Part shown: positions 1 to 13,477 of the stretch, piece after piece | Layout of the letters: each line of letters opens with the position of its first letter | Numbering within the stretch: the first letter of the stretch is position 1 | Source of the DNA: Eledone cirrhosa | Lineage: Eukaryota | Length of the DNA: 64,000 nt | NCBI GenBank assembly: GCA_964016885.1 | Contig: OZ024741.1 | Coordinates: 214,272,001-214,336,000 of the forward strand | Direction of reading: 5' to 3' | Program-made: the position numbers and the translations under genes | The notes under the pieces: generated by a model | Databases searched by the model: none | What the model was told of the DNA's origin: nothing | The model's input: the letters and a program-made list of their open reading frames with translations, nothing else

Positions 1-740
1 AGCACAAGCTGGTAGCAATGACAGTTCAAACGTTGCCCACCTCGTATAACACCCTAATAGCACCACCACACCAACTTGCGGACGCCGACGCATTACAAGT
101 AGGATTGGGTCTACAAACATATGTGTGGTTTCAAATTTTCAAATTTCTAAATTTTCAAACTATAAAATTTTTAAATTGTTGATTTCCGATATTCGATTGC
201 TGGTCTTAAGGTTAATATCGCAGCTAATTGTAATGTTGATGTTAATTTTAATTTTAATTTTGATTTTGATTTCAAGTTTTTATTTTGTCGTTCCATGCCA
301 CCGATATACACACGCACACAACGCATGCCGCTGGCACATTTCATCATACATACACTCCACGTGTATTTCATATATATTGTTATGACGCACATACCCTTTA
401 TATTCCATGTATACACCAAACCCATGCACATCACATATATACGCTTATGAAATGGATGTTACACAAAACCACAATATATATAACGTGTTTGTGCACGCAC
501 GCACAGCCCACACCTATCCACAAGCAGCGAGACCTGCATCATGCGCAGGCTCCTACCCAGTGCCTTAGCCCAACAGCCCCCATGTATATCATATAAACAT
601 TTGCACCACAGCCCACAATTATTGTATGGAACTTTAAACACACCTGGATAATGCCCGGTCCCCCCTGCATTCTTGTCATGTATGCATTCTCTTTTTCCAG
701 CATTTTATTTTATTGTATTTTATCTTATTTTATTTTATTA

Positions 741-1667
741 CTAACAGTAAAGCCCGGCGTTGCTCGGGGCTGCTCAGTATCTGTGGTAAAGTTACAATGT
801 TAAGTTCCTTTCTTGGCTTAAAAACTGTAGAGTCTACAGTGTAGACTTTCATGTGGTACTTTTGATTAATATTCCCTCAACCAACAGTATGCCTTATGAA
901 GTTAAGAAAACATAACCATAACCCGAATGTTAAAACAAAAGAGGATGCTGGGGATAAAAACTGCACTGGTAATCTATTAACAAAAATCGAAAATGTAAAC
1001 ACTGCAACAGAGAAAAACATCAACGTAACCAAACTATCAGTTATTTTGAAACAAAGAAATTGGATGGACATGAACAAAATTGTTTTTTAAATGCGTTATC
1101 TGTGTCGTTTAAAATCATTGCTTCTAAATGAAAATCTCATAAGGCTTTATTCGAGATTATATATATAGATCAATGCTTTTTTAACAAAATATTTGCTTGT
1201 TTTACGGTGTATTCAAATAGGCTTGTTTTCAAGTAAAAATATTGTTTTAAAAGATGTTTAATGGAAATTAAGCAAAATGGAAGCTTAATGTTGAAACTTC
1301 GAACTCATGAATTTTGCAGGTTAAAATTTTGCTGGTCCGAAAACTGTTCGCGTATTTTTGTACTTTTGCACGCGTCGTATATTCGTAACATAAATAGATA
1401 GACAGAATGACGCCATAAAAGGGAAATAACTCGTCTCTCATCTCTATTTATACATTTGAACTGAAAAATCAATACAATACTAATTCGATTTTTGCACTTA
1501 GCGAGGGTCGATTTGAACATTTATTTTGACCGATGTCTCAGCCGGACTTTCATCTATAAGTGTAGCAATTTCACCGAAATTTGAACGTACGGTTTAGGAG
1601 GAGATGTGTGCCGACCGTTTTAGTAGACAGACAGACAGACAGACAACCTCAGTTTTATATATATAGA
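741..1667 (-). mobile_element. Non-autonomous Helitron (Lep1-like architecture)
   Basis: On the - strand it starts A|TCTATATATATAAAA, has (TGTC)n near the 5' end, and ends in the GC hairpin CCCGAGCAACGCCGGG followed by TTAG|T (CTAG variant). Inserted between A and T with no TSD. Confidence 0.75.
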
Positions 1668-2114
1668 TTAACTAACAAGTCTGGTGTTTTTGTTTGTTTT
1701 ATGTGTAGCATTGTTAACTTAAAAATAACTGGTTGGAACATCAATATTTTTCTAATAGAGCTAACAAGGGTACGGATGACTTTCCATGGATTTTTCTTTT
1801 CTATCCGTCTATATATGTGTGCGGTGTCTTGGCTACGCACGCTCCCCTGAGTCCAGTGTGTGAGTGTAGAATTGGATCTATTTGTTGAAAACACCTTTGA
1901 TATAGCCATTCCGTTTGAATAGCTGTTGAAAGCTTTCTTTTTTAAAAACGTTTTTTAAAAAACGTTCTTGCTACAGGCTCTTTCTTTTCCTTTTTTCTTT
2001 TCTTTTTGAAATATGTATGGCGGAGTGTATTCTTAGGCTGTGTCCTACTAATGTTACGCTAAATATCCCCATGATTTGTTGTTTTTTTTTAAATTACCGC
2101 AAAACATTATTTAT

Positions 2115-2899
2115 GATAAATGGAAAAAATGAAACAAAATTTCATTTCTCACTCTTAGTACGGCTGTTACTTAAATAAAAGTATGTATACGTACATACAT
2201 ATATGTATACAGACGTACAGTCGTATGTATATATATACGTACATGCACTCACATATATATGTACGTATGGATTTACCGAACATTTATTATAATGCTCGTT
2301 TTTTTTGTAAACAAACATCCCGAATTAAGCCGTACAATGTTTAGCAACCATTGTAGCCCTTTTGTTCAACACTGACAAAGAAACGATGTACTAGTTTCAA
2401 GCTTATTAGCTATCGTCAGCACCGTATACCTTCCTGCCAGATGATTGAACGTCTGAAAGTATATACTTTCCTTATTTATATTAACGGCTGAGCAGCCTAA
2501 TTTGCATATCGAGTGAGTTAACCGGCCGGGCGCACCGAAAACGATAAATGGAAAAAATGAAACGAAATTTCATTTCTCACTCTTAGTACGGCTGTTACTT
2601 AAATATAAGTATGTATACGTACATACATATATGTATACAGATGTACAGTTGTATGTATTTATATATACATACATGCACACATATATATATGTACGTATGG
2701 ATTCACCGAACATTTATTATAATGCTCGGTGTGTTTGTACGGCTTAATTCGGGATGTTTGTTTACAAACAAACCGAGCATTATAATAAATGTTCAGTAAA
2801 TCCATACGTACATATATATATGTGTGCATGTATGTATATATATATACATACTACTGTACGTCTGTATACATATATGTATGTACGTATACATACTTATAT
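2115..2899 (-). mobile_element. Family A hammerhead-bearing element: ~428-bp unit, partial tandem copy and inverted segment
   Basis: GATAAATGGAAAAAATGAAAC recurs at 2115 and 2543. Segment 2736-2899 is an inverted copy of the unit interior. Homologous to 9706-9760, 29413-29830 and 35330-36270. Confidence 0.85.
2384..2424 (-). ncRNA. Minimal type-I hammerhead ribozyme (family A)
   Basis: - strand reads CGGUG-CUGACGA-U-AGCU aaua AGCU-U-GAAAC-UA-GUA|CAUCG. Stem I is CGGUG/CAUCG, stem III is the palindrome ACUAGU, cleavage triplet GUA. Confidence 0.85.
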
Positions 2900-3372
2900 T
2901 ATTTATGATGAATGCCGCATACAGCATAATTGTGGGTGTGTACCTGACCAATGTAGATTAAGGCGCCAAGGGGCAATGAAGACGTCAAAGTGATGCCAGC
3001 CGTTCAAGATTACAGCCCCTTTCCCACCACAGTAGTTATTCTCATACATGAAGAAATTTTGATTGACAGGTGGAGAACGAGAGGAATCAAGAAGTGGGCA
3101 ACCATGAGTGGCTAGAAATACCGATGACGTGTACAATTCTTGACCACTCATGGAATGACAATAACAGGATCTAAATCAACAAACGAAGAAATTCGATGTT
3201 AAAGGACTATAGGAAAATCTGCTTCGTAGTATCGAGACGTATCTGACGATCGTGTTGATTTCAGAGTCAGGTGTGATCACCATATCGATCGCGCCTCGAG
3301 GTGGTCGCCCGAGAAACATTTGTAATATGCCCAATAAATTCCTTTCGTCGCCACACTGATTCTCTTTTTTCT

Positions 3373-3494
<122 letters not shown>

Positions 3495-3764
3495 CAAGGT
3501 CAAGCAAATAAAGAAAAAGTTTTAAAATAAATTTCAAAAATTTCAATGTACTTACTATATGTGCCTTTACCGCGGATTCCGATCCCAAAATAAATAGATA
3601 ATCCAAGCGGATTTCCATTGAGAAAGAGATCATCGTCAGAAGGCTTTTCTCACTCGGAGAATATAAAATTCTCGAGTTCAAATCACTTGCCATTAAACCA
3701 CACTGGCATACGGTTGGAAAATACTTGTATCCCTATGTGTATTATTTACATGTGGGAATACATA

Positions 3765-3796
<32 letters not shown>

Positions 3797-3801
<5 letters not shown>

Positions 3802-4463
3802 GACGTAAAATAAGAAAATTATAAAAATTAACTTACTAAAATTTCACTCCAACTAATTAGTTTCTGAAAGGGAATAAACATGGTTTCCGAATGGAACCAT
3901 GGAGAAAATCCTTTCGTCATCAGGAAGTCTATTCTCAGCTAAGTTCCCAGGCAATGCGTGGACACAGGGAACTTATACAAAACTAATTCAGTGGATGGAA
4001 AAAAGCAAGCGAGGACTAAATTCCAGGACATTGAAAAAAAATCACTGCCTACTTGGTCGGTGGCAAATTCAAAAGAATCAATCACGTGACATTCAGGTTA
4101 ATCAGTAAGGAGTGCGGTGCTAATAAGACAGGAGCCTGACTATTACTATGAACCATAGTAGTAGTTTTGGAAAATTTGTGCTCAACAAAATAATTTGGAG
4201 ATAATTATAAAGAATTAGTATATCTACCAACATATATATACAGATGCATACCTATGCTAGCAAATATATAGGTCTTGTCTTAGTAAATTTGTGGTTCAAT
4301 GCAAGGGGATGCAGAACAATTATATGAAATACGTAAAATAAGAAAATTATAAAAATTAACTTACTTACTAAAATTTCACTCCAACTAATTAGTTCCTGAA
4401 AGGGAATAAACATGGTTTCTGAATGGAACCATGGAGAAAATACTTTCGTCATCAGGAAGTCTA
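3797..4463 (-). mobile_element. PLE-like non-autonomous element with terminal direct repeats, flanked by (TA)n
   Basis: ~135-bp direct repeats at about 3797-3931 and 4326-4463. Each contains, on the - strand, CUGAUGA...GAAACCAUG (degenerate hammerhead-like, no stem I). Confidence 0.55.
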
Positions 4464-4474
4464 TATTTATATAT

Positions 4475-4506
<32 letters not shown>

Positions 4507-4509
4507 TTT

Positions 4510-4885
4510 TGGCCTGGCACTTTAACTAAAACCTGTTGAGAAAGTGACTTCCTTGTTCAATCATCTTATCAGAAGCCTAACATTATTTGTCTAAGCGGAC
4601 AGTACTTGATTTAGGAGTCGCAGAAACCCAAATGCTGGGTTTTTACCAACCATCCAGGGGTCCGGGTAAATTTTTCAATCACATTTTTTTATTTGTTTGA
4701 CCCGAATTACTAGGTCGTTTCTATGGCTGTGCGGATCATGGTTTAACCATCGTCTCAGTGTGTTTGGCCTTTTAACGTATGTTGTAGCTCTGGTTCGTTT
4801 AAATTATTGAGCGCTTGCCACACATCCCGGAAGTTGTTTTTCGCTAATTTCCAAAGCCGAAATACGATTCTCGCTAATTTATATT

Positions 4886-4890
<5 letters not shown>
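4510..4890. repeat. Inverted partial copy of the 9790-10497 element
   Basis: Reverse complement matches about 9795-10165 (e.g. AAGTGACTTCCTTGTTCAATCATCTTA and CCGAAATACGATTCTCGCTAATTTATA). Flanked by (TA)n. Confidence 0.8.
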
Positions 4891-4956
<66 letters not shown>

Positions 4957-5348
4957 ATCCATCTCTCAATCTCTGTATACATCTACATATCTACCTACTT
5001 CTCCATCTAGCTAGCTACCTCTAAGTACCCATCATCACTATTTTTAATATGTGAGCAACACAGGGAGGCTTGACGAAGTAGCATTTACTGCTTGAGGCTA
5101 AACAAATCTTACTGAACAGAGGGATAGAAGGGTGGATGGTATTCAGTACAATGTTGTTGGCTATATCACTGCCGCCGCCGACGCATCTTACCAAGATAAC
5201 ATTCAAAAAATAAGAGTAGAAGAAAAGAAAATAAGAAAGGAAAGCAGGGTTAGGTTTCTGTTTCACGATTTTATTACCATATTTTTTATGAAATACATAG
5301 TCTAAGAATTTCAAATGTTTAAATTTTTTAAATAATCTCAATTTTTAA

Positions 5349-5775
<427 letters not shown>

Positions 5776-6459
5776 AACTTTATGTAAATGTAAGAACCTG
5801 TCGCAAAGGTTCTTTCATACAATTATGACGAAAGGTTTTGAGATAAATATAAAGCTTATATTACCATTACTGTATTTCTAATAAAGGAGACTACCTATAA
5901 TTTAAAAATATTTTTGAATAGAATTTGGAAGGATTTATGAATATAAGTCACGTGACATATTTTGCCACGCAGAGTTACTTTAAGTGTACACGTATGTTTG
6001 GAGTGCTGAACCACTTACTCTAAAATACAAGATGGTCTGTACTTGTAAATCAAGAACCCCAGTGTTATACTGGTGTGACACACCTGTTTTGTATATTTGT
6101 ACGAAAGGAGGGTAACACCCAAGGTATTCACCAGGTGTAATTCCGAACTACCAACGAGAGACTACAACGAGACTCCGTACACACAATCTAACTGACAGCT
6201 CACTTCCTTTATAGTTGTTAACACTAAGAGAATAAGGAAGAAAAAATTACTAGAAATTAATTGGTCGTCTCACAGACCATTTCATTAGTGACCGGTCACT
6301 TTGTAAAGTTGCTGTAATACCAGAGGTCTACCAAGTCAGAAATATAAAGAAACTCCATCAAACGTGTCAATGACCATCACCAGTGACTTTGATTTGACCA
6401 CTGATCATGTAACTTGGTGACAAAATGACAAGTCGGTCAATCATATTGGTGGCCTCCCT

Positions 6460-6520
6460 ACAGCCCCTGCGGTCAGAATGGAGAAGGCGTTTCCCCGGGG
6501 ACGACAAGGGAGACTGCCTA
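6460..6520 (-). pseudogene. Small CRE-like retrotransposon C-terminal remnant
   Basis: AAGGCGTTTCCCCGGGGACGACAAGGGAGAC is homologous to 54594-54624. Frameshifted - strand reading gives SLVV/RGNAFSILTAG. Confidence 0.5.
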
Positions 6521-6579
6521 GTCCACTTTTAGTTACACGGGGTTATTCAGGGATCCCCCCCCCCACACAAAAATAACCT

Positions 6580-6852
6580 TATCGCATACTGTGTCAGGTT
6601 TAGTCTGTCTGAGGATTACGTTTAAGGTACATATGGCTGTGGAAAACTCAGCCACATACATTAAAATACAAGATGGCCTGTACCTGTAACTCACAAGACT
6701 CAGCATTGTCACATACTGTGTCAGGTTTAGCCTGTCTGAGGATTATGTCTTTGGAATTCAGCCATTTAAATACATAATTGAAAGAACCTGCAACTCAAAA
6801 ATCGAAGACTTGTTAGGTTTAGTCTATCTGACGATTACGTTAAAGGTACACA
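6580..6852 (+). repeat. Tandemly duplicated (~130 bp) fragments of the CORE-type SINE body
   Basis: CATACTGTGTCAGGTTTAG..TCTGAGGATTA is repeated and resembles the reverse complement of 42780-42890. Confidence 0.55.
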
Positions 6853-6867
6853 TGTGTGTGTGTGTGT

Positions 6868-6960
<93 letters not shown>

Positions 6961-7020
6961 TGTGTGTGTGTGTGTCAGACAAGCTCTATTAACTGTATGC
7001 AGGTGAGTATATATATATAA

Positions 7021-7426
7021 CAATTAAGTTAAAAATGTACATCCACATATGTATACTGAAATACTAGTATGCATATGAATACACACACGTATACATATGT
7101 AGATGTACCAAGTTTTTCACTGGTCACTTTACTGTGAGTGTCCAGCTATTCTGTATGTAAACACACAGACAAACCGGTTTTTAGAGTTCTAAGTTTTAGA
7201 GTTTCAAGTTTCCTTGTCTGGCTTTCTGGAGAATAGAGGAAAGGTGTTTCCTCAAAAACCAGTATGACTCTAAAAACCGGTTATGTAAACACACAGAATA
7301 GCTGGACACTCACAGTAAAGTGACCAGTGAAAAACTTGGTACATCTACATATGTATACGTGTGTGTATTCATATGCATACTAGTATTTCAGTATACATAT
7401 GTGGATGTACATTTTTAACTTAATTG
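7021..7426. repeat. Perfect 134-bp inverted repeat (fold-back element)
   Basis: 7021-7154 is the exact reverse complement of 7293-7426. The 138-bp spacer contains an inner inverted pair AACCGGTTTTTAGAGT/ACTCTAAAAACCGGTT. Confidence 0.95.
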
Positions 7427-7496
7427 TTTAAGCGTCAGTCATACAAAAGTGAGTTACAAACGAAACGAAATTTAATTTCGTTTCGTTATTTGTTTT

Positions 7497-7591
<95 letters not shown>

Positions 7592-8109
7592 GTCCACGCA
7601 TACACACATAAATGTAGACATTTTAGTCAAACACTAGTGTGTGTGTATAAAGTCCCACCCATCCTTGTTGCATAATGTGCCACGTTTAGTCAGTCTGAGA
7701 ATTAGAGTTAGAGGTACACGTATCTATGGAATACTCAACCACTTCCACTTTAATAAACAATTGAATGCTCATCGTCGAATACGACGTAGGATACATGAGT
7801 GTGTGGGTGTTAAATATGTAACCTGTTTACTCAGTTAGATGAATAGATCCTATGTATGAAGGTAACTGCCAAACAAGCGTATTTATTTTGTTGTCTTGAT
7901 TGACGTTGCAGTTTTAGTTACCTGAGTAACTCTTGGTAAATTACCTTTCAAAACACACCTGACAATCATTGTTAATAAGAGATGAATGAAGACGTTTTTT
8001 TTCTGTGTTTGTGTGTGTGGGGGAGTGGGAGACGAATATAGATAAGTAGTAAGATTGAGAGAGTGTGTGAGAGAGACCCAGAGAGAAAGAGATGTAAAGA
8101 AACAGATTA

Positions 8110-8279
<170 letters not shown>

Positions 8280-8324
8280 CATATAAATATCTAAACATAA
8301 CAATGTATGTCTATATATACAAAC

Positions 8325-8355
<31 letters not shown>

Positions 8356-8403
8356 AATATATATCATGTATATATATATATATAACCATAATATATATAA
8401 ATA

Positions 8404-8436
<33 letters not shown>

Positions 8437-8497
8437 AACCATAATATATATAAATATATATATATTTATATATATATACATGAATATATATGATGTG

Positions 8498-8601
<104 letters not shown>

Positions 8602-8972
8602 TATATATATACACATATACATAAATATATATATGATATATGTATATATATGCATGACAATGTTTATATATCTCAATAGCAAGGTGTGTGTTTAGATGAA
8701 CGAGATGTTTGACGTAAGACGGTGGGGCACGTGGCGTGTTATTTGGTGTTTTGACTATCACTACTTACTGCTAACACCTGACATAAAATACATGACAGCT
8801 ATTTAATACCTTCATACATACATACATATATATATATACATACATGCATATATATATAGATATATAGACATACCTATATACATACAGACAGACATTCATA
8901 CATACATACATACACACATACATACATACATACATACATACATACATACATACATACATACATACATACATA

Positions 8973-9582
8973 CATGGTGGCTGCCAACTCGTTTTCGAGT
9001 ACGGCCACTACTTTATATCCATGTAGGAGAACCCCTACCGATGCGCTGAATAAGTGTGACTTTTTAGTCCAGCCAGCGACTTGAAAACTCTGGTACAAAC
9101 ACTACACTTGTGACAATTATTGACACATAGTGCTGGGCCCATGGTACCATGTGACGACAAGTGCAGAGAGATCTCCAGATATAAAGCAATGCCTGTGCTG
9201 TGAAGCTTTTATAGTGAGCAAAGGCACTGCACAAAGCCAGTCCCACTCTCTTAACCAAGATGATATTTACCAAAAAGAAGAACAAGTTAACATCATTGGA
9301 AACCATCAGGGCTGCAGGTGTTATATCTGAGTTTTCCTTCTCCTAGAATTCTGCCTTGACAAAGGCTAAGAGGTCATCTCTCCCGGTGATTTTGGATGGC
9401 CATTGACTCTTAAGAGCTCCTTTGCCCTTTGACAGGTTTTGTCAGGTCACCAGTTGGTGCTACTGGTAACATGTATCCCAGTACAACCTGTCCCATGGTC
9501 GGGTCGTTGGCGACTAAACTGGCAACCCCACCAAGGTTTCTTGGTGAGGAGGGTGATTTTGGACATCCTGCAGGACTAAAAA
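8973..9582 (-). mobile_element. Non-autonomous RTE-like retroelement with (ATGT)n tail and inverted 5' ~140 bp
   Basis: 8973-9441 is the reverse complement of 58084-58552, while 9440-9582 is co-directional with 57941-58083. It contains CTAGGAGAAGGAAAACTC(T/A)GA, recalled from RTE 5' UTRs, and is flanked by (CATA)n. Confidence 0.7.
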
Positions 9583-9649
9583 CATACATACATACATACA
9601 TACATACATACATACATACATACATACATACATACATACATACACACAC

Positions 9650-9690
<41 letters not shown>

Positions 9691-9754
9691 TAAGTATGTA
9701 TATATATAACAGCCGTACTAAGAGTGGGAAATGAAATTTCGTTTCATTTTTTCC

Positions 9755-9789
<35 letters not shown>

Positions 9790-9795
<6 letters not shown>

Positions 9796-10497
9796 TAAAT
9801 TAGCGAGAATCGTATTTCGGCTATTGGAAATTAGCGAAAAACAACTTACGAGATGTGTGGCAAGCGCTCCATAGAAGCTAATGAACTAGAGCTACAACAT
9901 AAGTTAAAAGGCCAAACACACTGAGACGATGGTTAAACCATTATCCGCACAGCCATAGAAACGACCAAGTAATTCGGGTTAAACAAATAAAATATGATTG
10001 AAAAATTATACCCGGACCCCTGGAATGTTGGTAAAATATCCAGCATTTGGGTTTCTGCAACTCCTAAATCAAGTACTGTCCGCTTAGACAAATAATGTTA
10101 AGCTTTTGGTAAGATGATTGAACAAGGAAGTCACTTTCTCAACAGGCTTTTAGTTCAAGTGCCAAGCGAAAGACTGACCGTTATCAAAACCCACGTGGGG
10201 CTCGACAAGGTGGCAACCCTTAGTTTTGCGGATGAATTCAGTATGTGTGTTATTATTGCAAAATTGCAAAATATCACAAAACGAATTAAGTTCTCAACAG
10301 AATGGTTTTAAAATTAACAAAAGCTATTCATCAGTCAATAGAATTAACTAAAAAAAAATGAAGAAAATTAACTGGTCAATAGCTAGACTCTGGAGATTAA
10401 TACAAATATAAATTAGCGAGAATCGTATTTCGGCTTTTGGAAATTAGCAAAAAACAACTTCCGAGATGTGTGGCAAGCGCTCCATATAAGCTAATGT
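9790..10497. mobile_element. ~613-bp-period element with terminal direct repeat in (TA)n
   Basis: ATAAATTAGCGAGAATCGTATTTCGGC occurs at 9795 and 10408; (TA)n on both sides. Confidence 0.7.
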
Positions 10498-10516
10498 GTA
10501 TATATATATATATATA

Positions 10517-11143
10517 TAGTAGAATAATCGAGTATCGAAAAATCGGCGCACGAGTTCACGATAAACAAAATTCGATATGAGCGGCAGAGGGCTCCATAAT
10601 TTAGATAAATCAGAGCTATAACTATCGTTAAAATACCGTCACACATAGAACAAGTCTATAATCAACCGTACGATCGAAAAGTTGCGATCTGGAAGATTCG
10701 GGACACTCAGATAAAAAATCAATAAATCAATAAGTCAAATGAATGTAAAAAGCATACCCGGACCCGCTAGAAAGATGTTAAATCTAGCTTCTTGGGTTTC
10801 TGTAAATCCTTAAACTGTTCTCTATCAGCTCACATAAAAATATATAAGACTTCTAGATACCAGGGGACAGGAAATTTACTTCTTCAACGAGCTTTGTCCA
10901 AACGAATGCAAAGGCATAACCCAAGCTAAATACGCACATGGAATTCGGCAAGGGAGATAACCTCTATATCCGCGAAAAATATTCGGGAAAATGTGGAAAT
11001 CCACATATCGAATAAGAGTGCTCAATAGACATGTTAAAATAAACAGGAGCTATTCATCATTTAATAGAATCGACAAAAAATGAACAATAAAATTAACTGG
11101 TCAATAGCTAGGTCTAGAGCTAAATATAGTAGAATAATCGAGT

Positions 11144-11149
<6 letters not shown>
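10517..11149. mobile_element. ~609-bp-period element, diverged relative of 9790-10497
   Basis: TAGTAGAATAATCGAGTATCGA occurs at 10517 and 11126. It shares ordered blocks ATACCCGGACCC, TTGGGTTTCTG, AGCTATTCATCA and AAATTAACTGGTCAATAGCTAG with the preceding element. Confidence 0.7.
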
Positions 11150-11232
<83 letters not shown>

Positions 11233-11626
11233 GCAACGGGTCACTTTGTGGCTCAATGAAGAGTTAATAAATTACATAATCAGAGCTATATATCATAAAA
11301 CATGTCTATAGAATCACCAGATAAAATATATACCGTTTCTTCTCCCAATTACCATAATTAACCATATAAAAAATCGATTAGACCAGGCTATAAGAATAAA
11401 GGCTTCTATGAAGAAATCTCCAACAGTTGCGATGGAGTATTTATCGAGTATTTCGACAGCGTGTGTAAATCGACCAGATATACAGTCAACCAAACAGAAT
11501 TAGGTGTAAAATAAACTAGGAGAAAACTGAACATATTTAGTTACCTCTACCATGGTTTCGTCCGCATTTTAAGATATCCGATAACATTGGACATCTGGAG
11601 CACCGGTGGTCCTTCCCACCATTTTC

Positions 11627-11654
11627 CTGATGAAGGGCTTATGCCCGAAACGTC
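11627..11654 (+). ncRNA. Minimal PLE-type hammerhead core
   Basis: CUGAUGA-A-GGGC uuau GCCC-GAAAC-GUC with palindromic ACGU. Stem I is not recoverable in this copy. Confidence 0.65.
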
Positions 11655-11732
11655 GTCCCCCACCACCCACTCTCAAGCGTAAACCTAATACCTAACACCT
11701 TTCGTAACTGTACTCCATGTTGCTGTTTTCCA

Positions 11733-11819
<87 letters not shown>

Positions 11820-12393
11820 AAATGTATGTATAACAAGTAGAGGTGAATAGCATGTATGAGTGTATAACATAAATGAGCGTACAGAATCTATATATAACAT
11901 TTAAAGTCGTACAGCCTGTATAGCTATTATCTATATAAACGTTTCTGCGATTCTGTAACAACACGTAAAGAGAGAGGAATTGTTTGACTACCTCATACTA
12001 CTCCTCTCTCTTTACGTGTGCTGCCTGCGTGAATGTATATGTGTGTAAAAGGAAGGATGGGGATGGTGAATTAACTACGCTGTGTGTGAGTGTATGAGTG
12101 TTTTTGTGTAAATGTATGCATGTGTGTTTGCGTAAAAGTGTGTGTGTATTTGTGTGAATGTATGTCTGTGAGTGTGTATTGCTGTAAGTGCGTCTGTGTT
12201 TGCCCGTTTATATTTATATACTCATACATATAAATGTATGCATATGCACATACACACACGCACACACATATACACATACACACACGCTCACACATATACA
12301 CATATACACACGGTCACACATATACACATAGGTGTCAACGTATGGAAAACAATTCCAGTATAAATAACTTCTATCTGTAGTCTTCTAGTAATT

Positions 12394-12582
12394 ATAATTG
12401 TTTATACTTTTGGCACAAGGCCAGCAATTATCTCAGTGTATTACTGGTACTTTAGTTTATCGACCCCGTAAGGATGAAAGGCAAAGTTAACCTCGACCGG
12501 ATTTGAACTCAGAATGGCAAGGGCCGTAACTCTATACGTCAAAGCATGGCGTCCGACCCTCTACCGACACTGCCAATCCACC
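12394..12582 (-). mobile_element. tRNA-derived SINE, family 1
   Basis: A-box-like TGGCAGTGTCGG, B-box GAGTTCAAATCC, central GCCTTTCATCCTTACGGGGTCGATAAA, tail GGCCTTGTGCCAAAAGTA..ACAATTAT. About 20 copies in the window. Confidence 0.9.
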
Positions 12583-13028
12583 AATTATAATAATCATCGG
12601 CCAATATGTGTGTATGTGTATGGTTGTATGTATGTGTGTGGCTGTGTATATGTGTGTGGCTGTGTGTGTGGCTGTGTGTATGTGTGTGGCTGTGTGTGTG
12701 TGTGTGTGTCTGTGTGTATGTGTGTGGCTGTCAATGTGTATGGTTATATATGTGTATGATTGTGTATATGTGTGTGGGTGTGTGTATGTGTATGGTTATG
12801 TGTATGTGTATAGTTATGTGTATGTGTGTGGTTTTGAGTATGCGTGTGGTTGTGTGCGTATGTGTGTGTGTATGTGTCTAAGTATGCATATGTGTGTCGT
12901 GTGTGTGTGTCAGGGGGGAGGGGGGTAACAGATTGTTCTCACCGGCGACGTTAGGCAGGCGTGTTGGCATGTTTATATACAGACACGGGAGCAGACGATG
13001 TCGCCGAGCGCCTAGTGTGCACGCGCAC

Positions 13029-13072
<44 letters not shown>

Positions 13073-13195
13073 GTGTGTGTATGTGTATGTATGTATATAT
13101 ATATATATATACATAAATATTCATAATTTATAGATGACTATATATTCCTTGACACATGCATATATGCACAACCGTAAACACATATATATATATTA

Positions 13196-13325
<130 letters not shown>

Positions 13326-13330
13326 TATAA

Positions 13331-13477
<147 letters not shown>

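Noticed and set aside
3594-3645. - strand CUGACGA...GAAAUCC-GCUU-GGAUUA hammerhead-like motif
   Set aside because: Stem III is good, but stem II is poor and there is no stem I.
5113-5186. Possible minus-strand exon (AAG acceptor, GTAAGA donor)
   Set aside because: Weak acceptor, unrecognised peptide, and phase incompatible with the other candidate exons.
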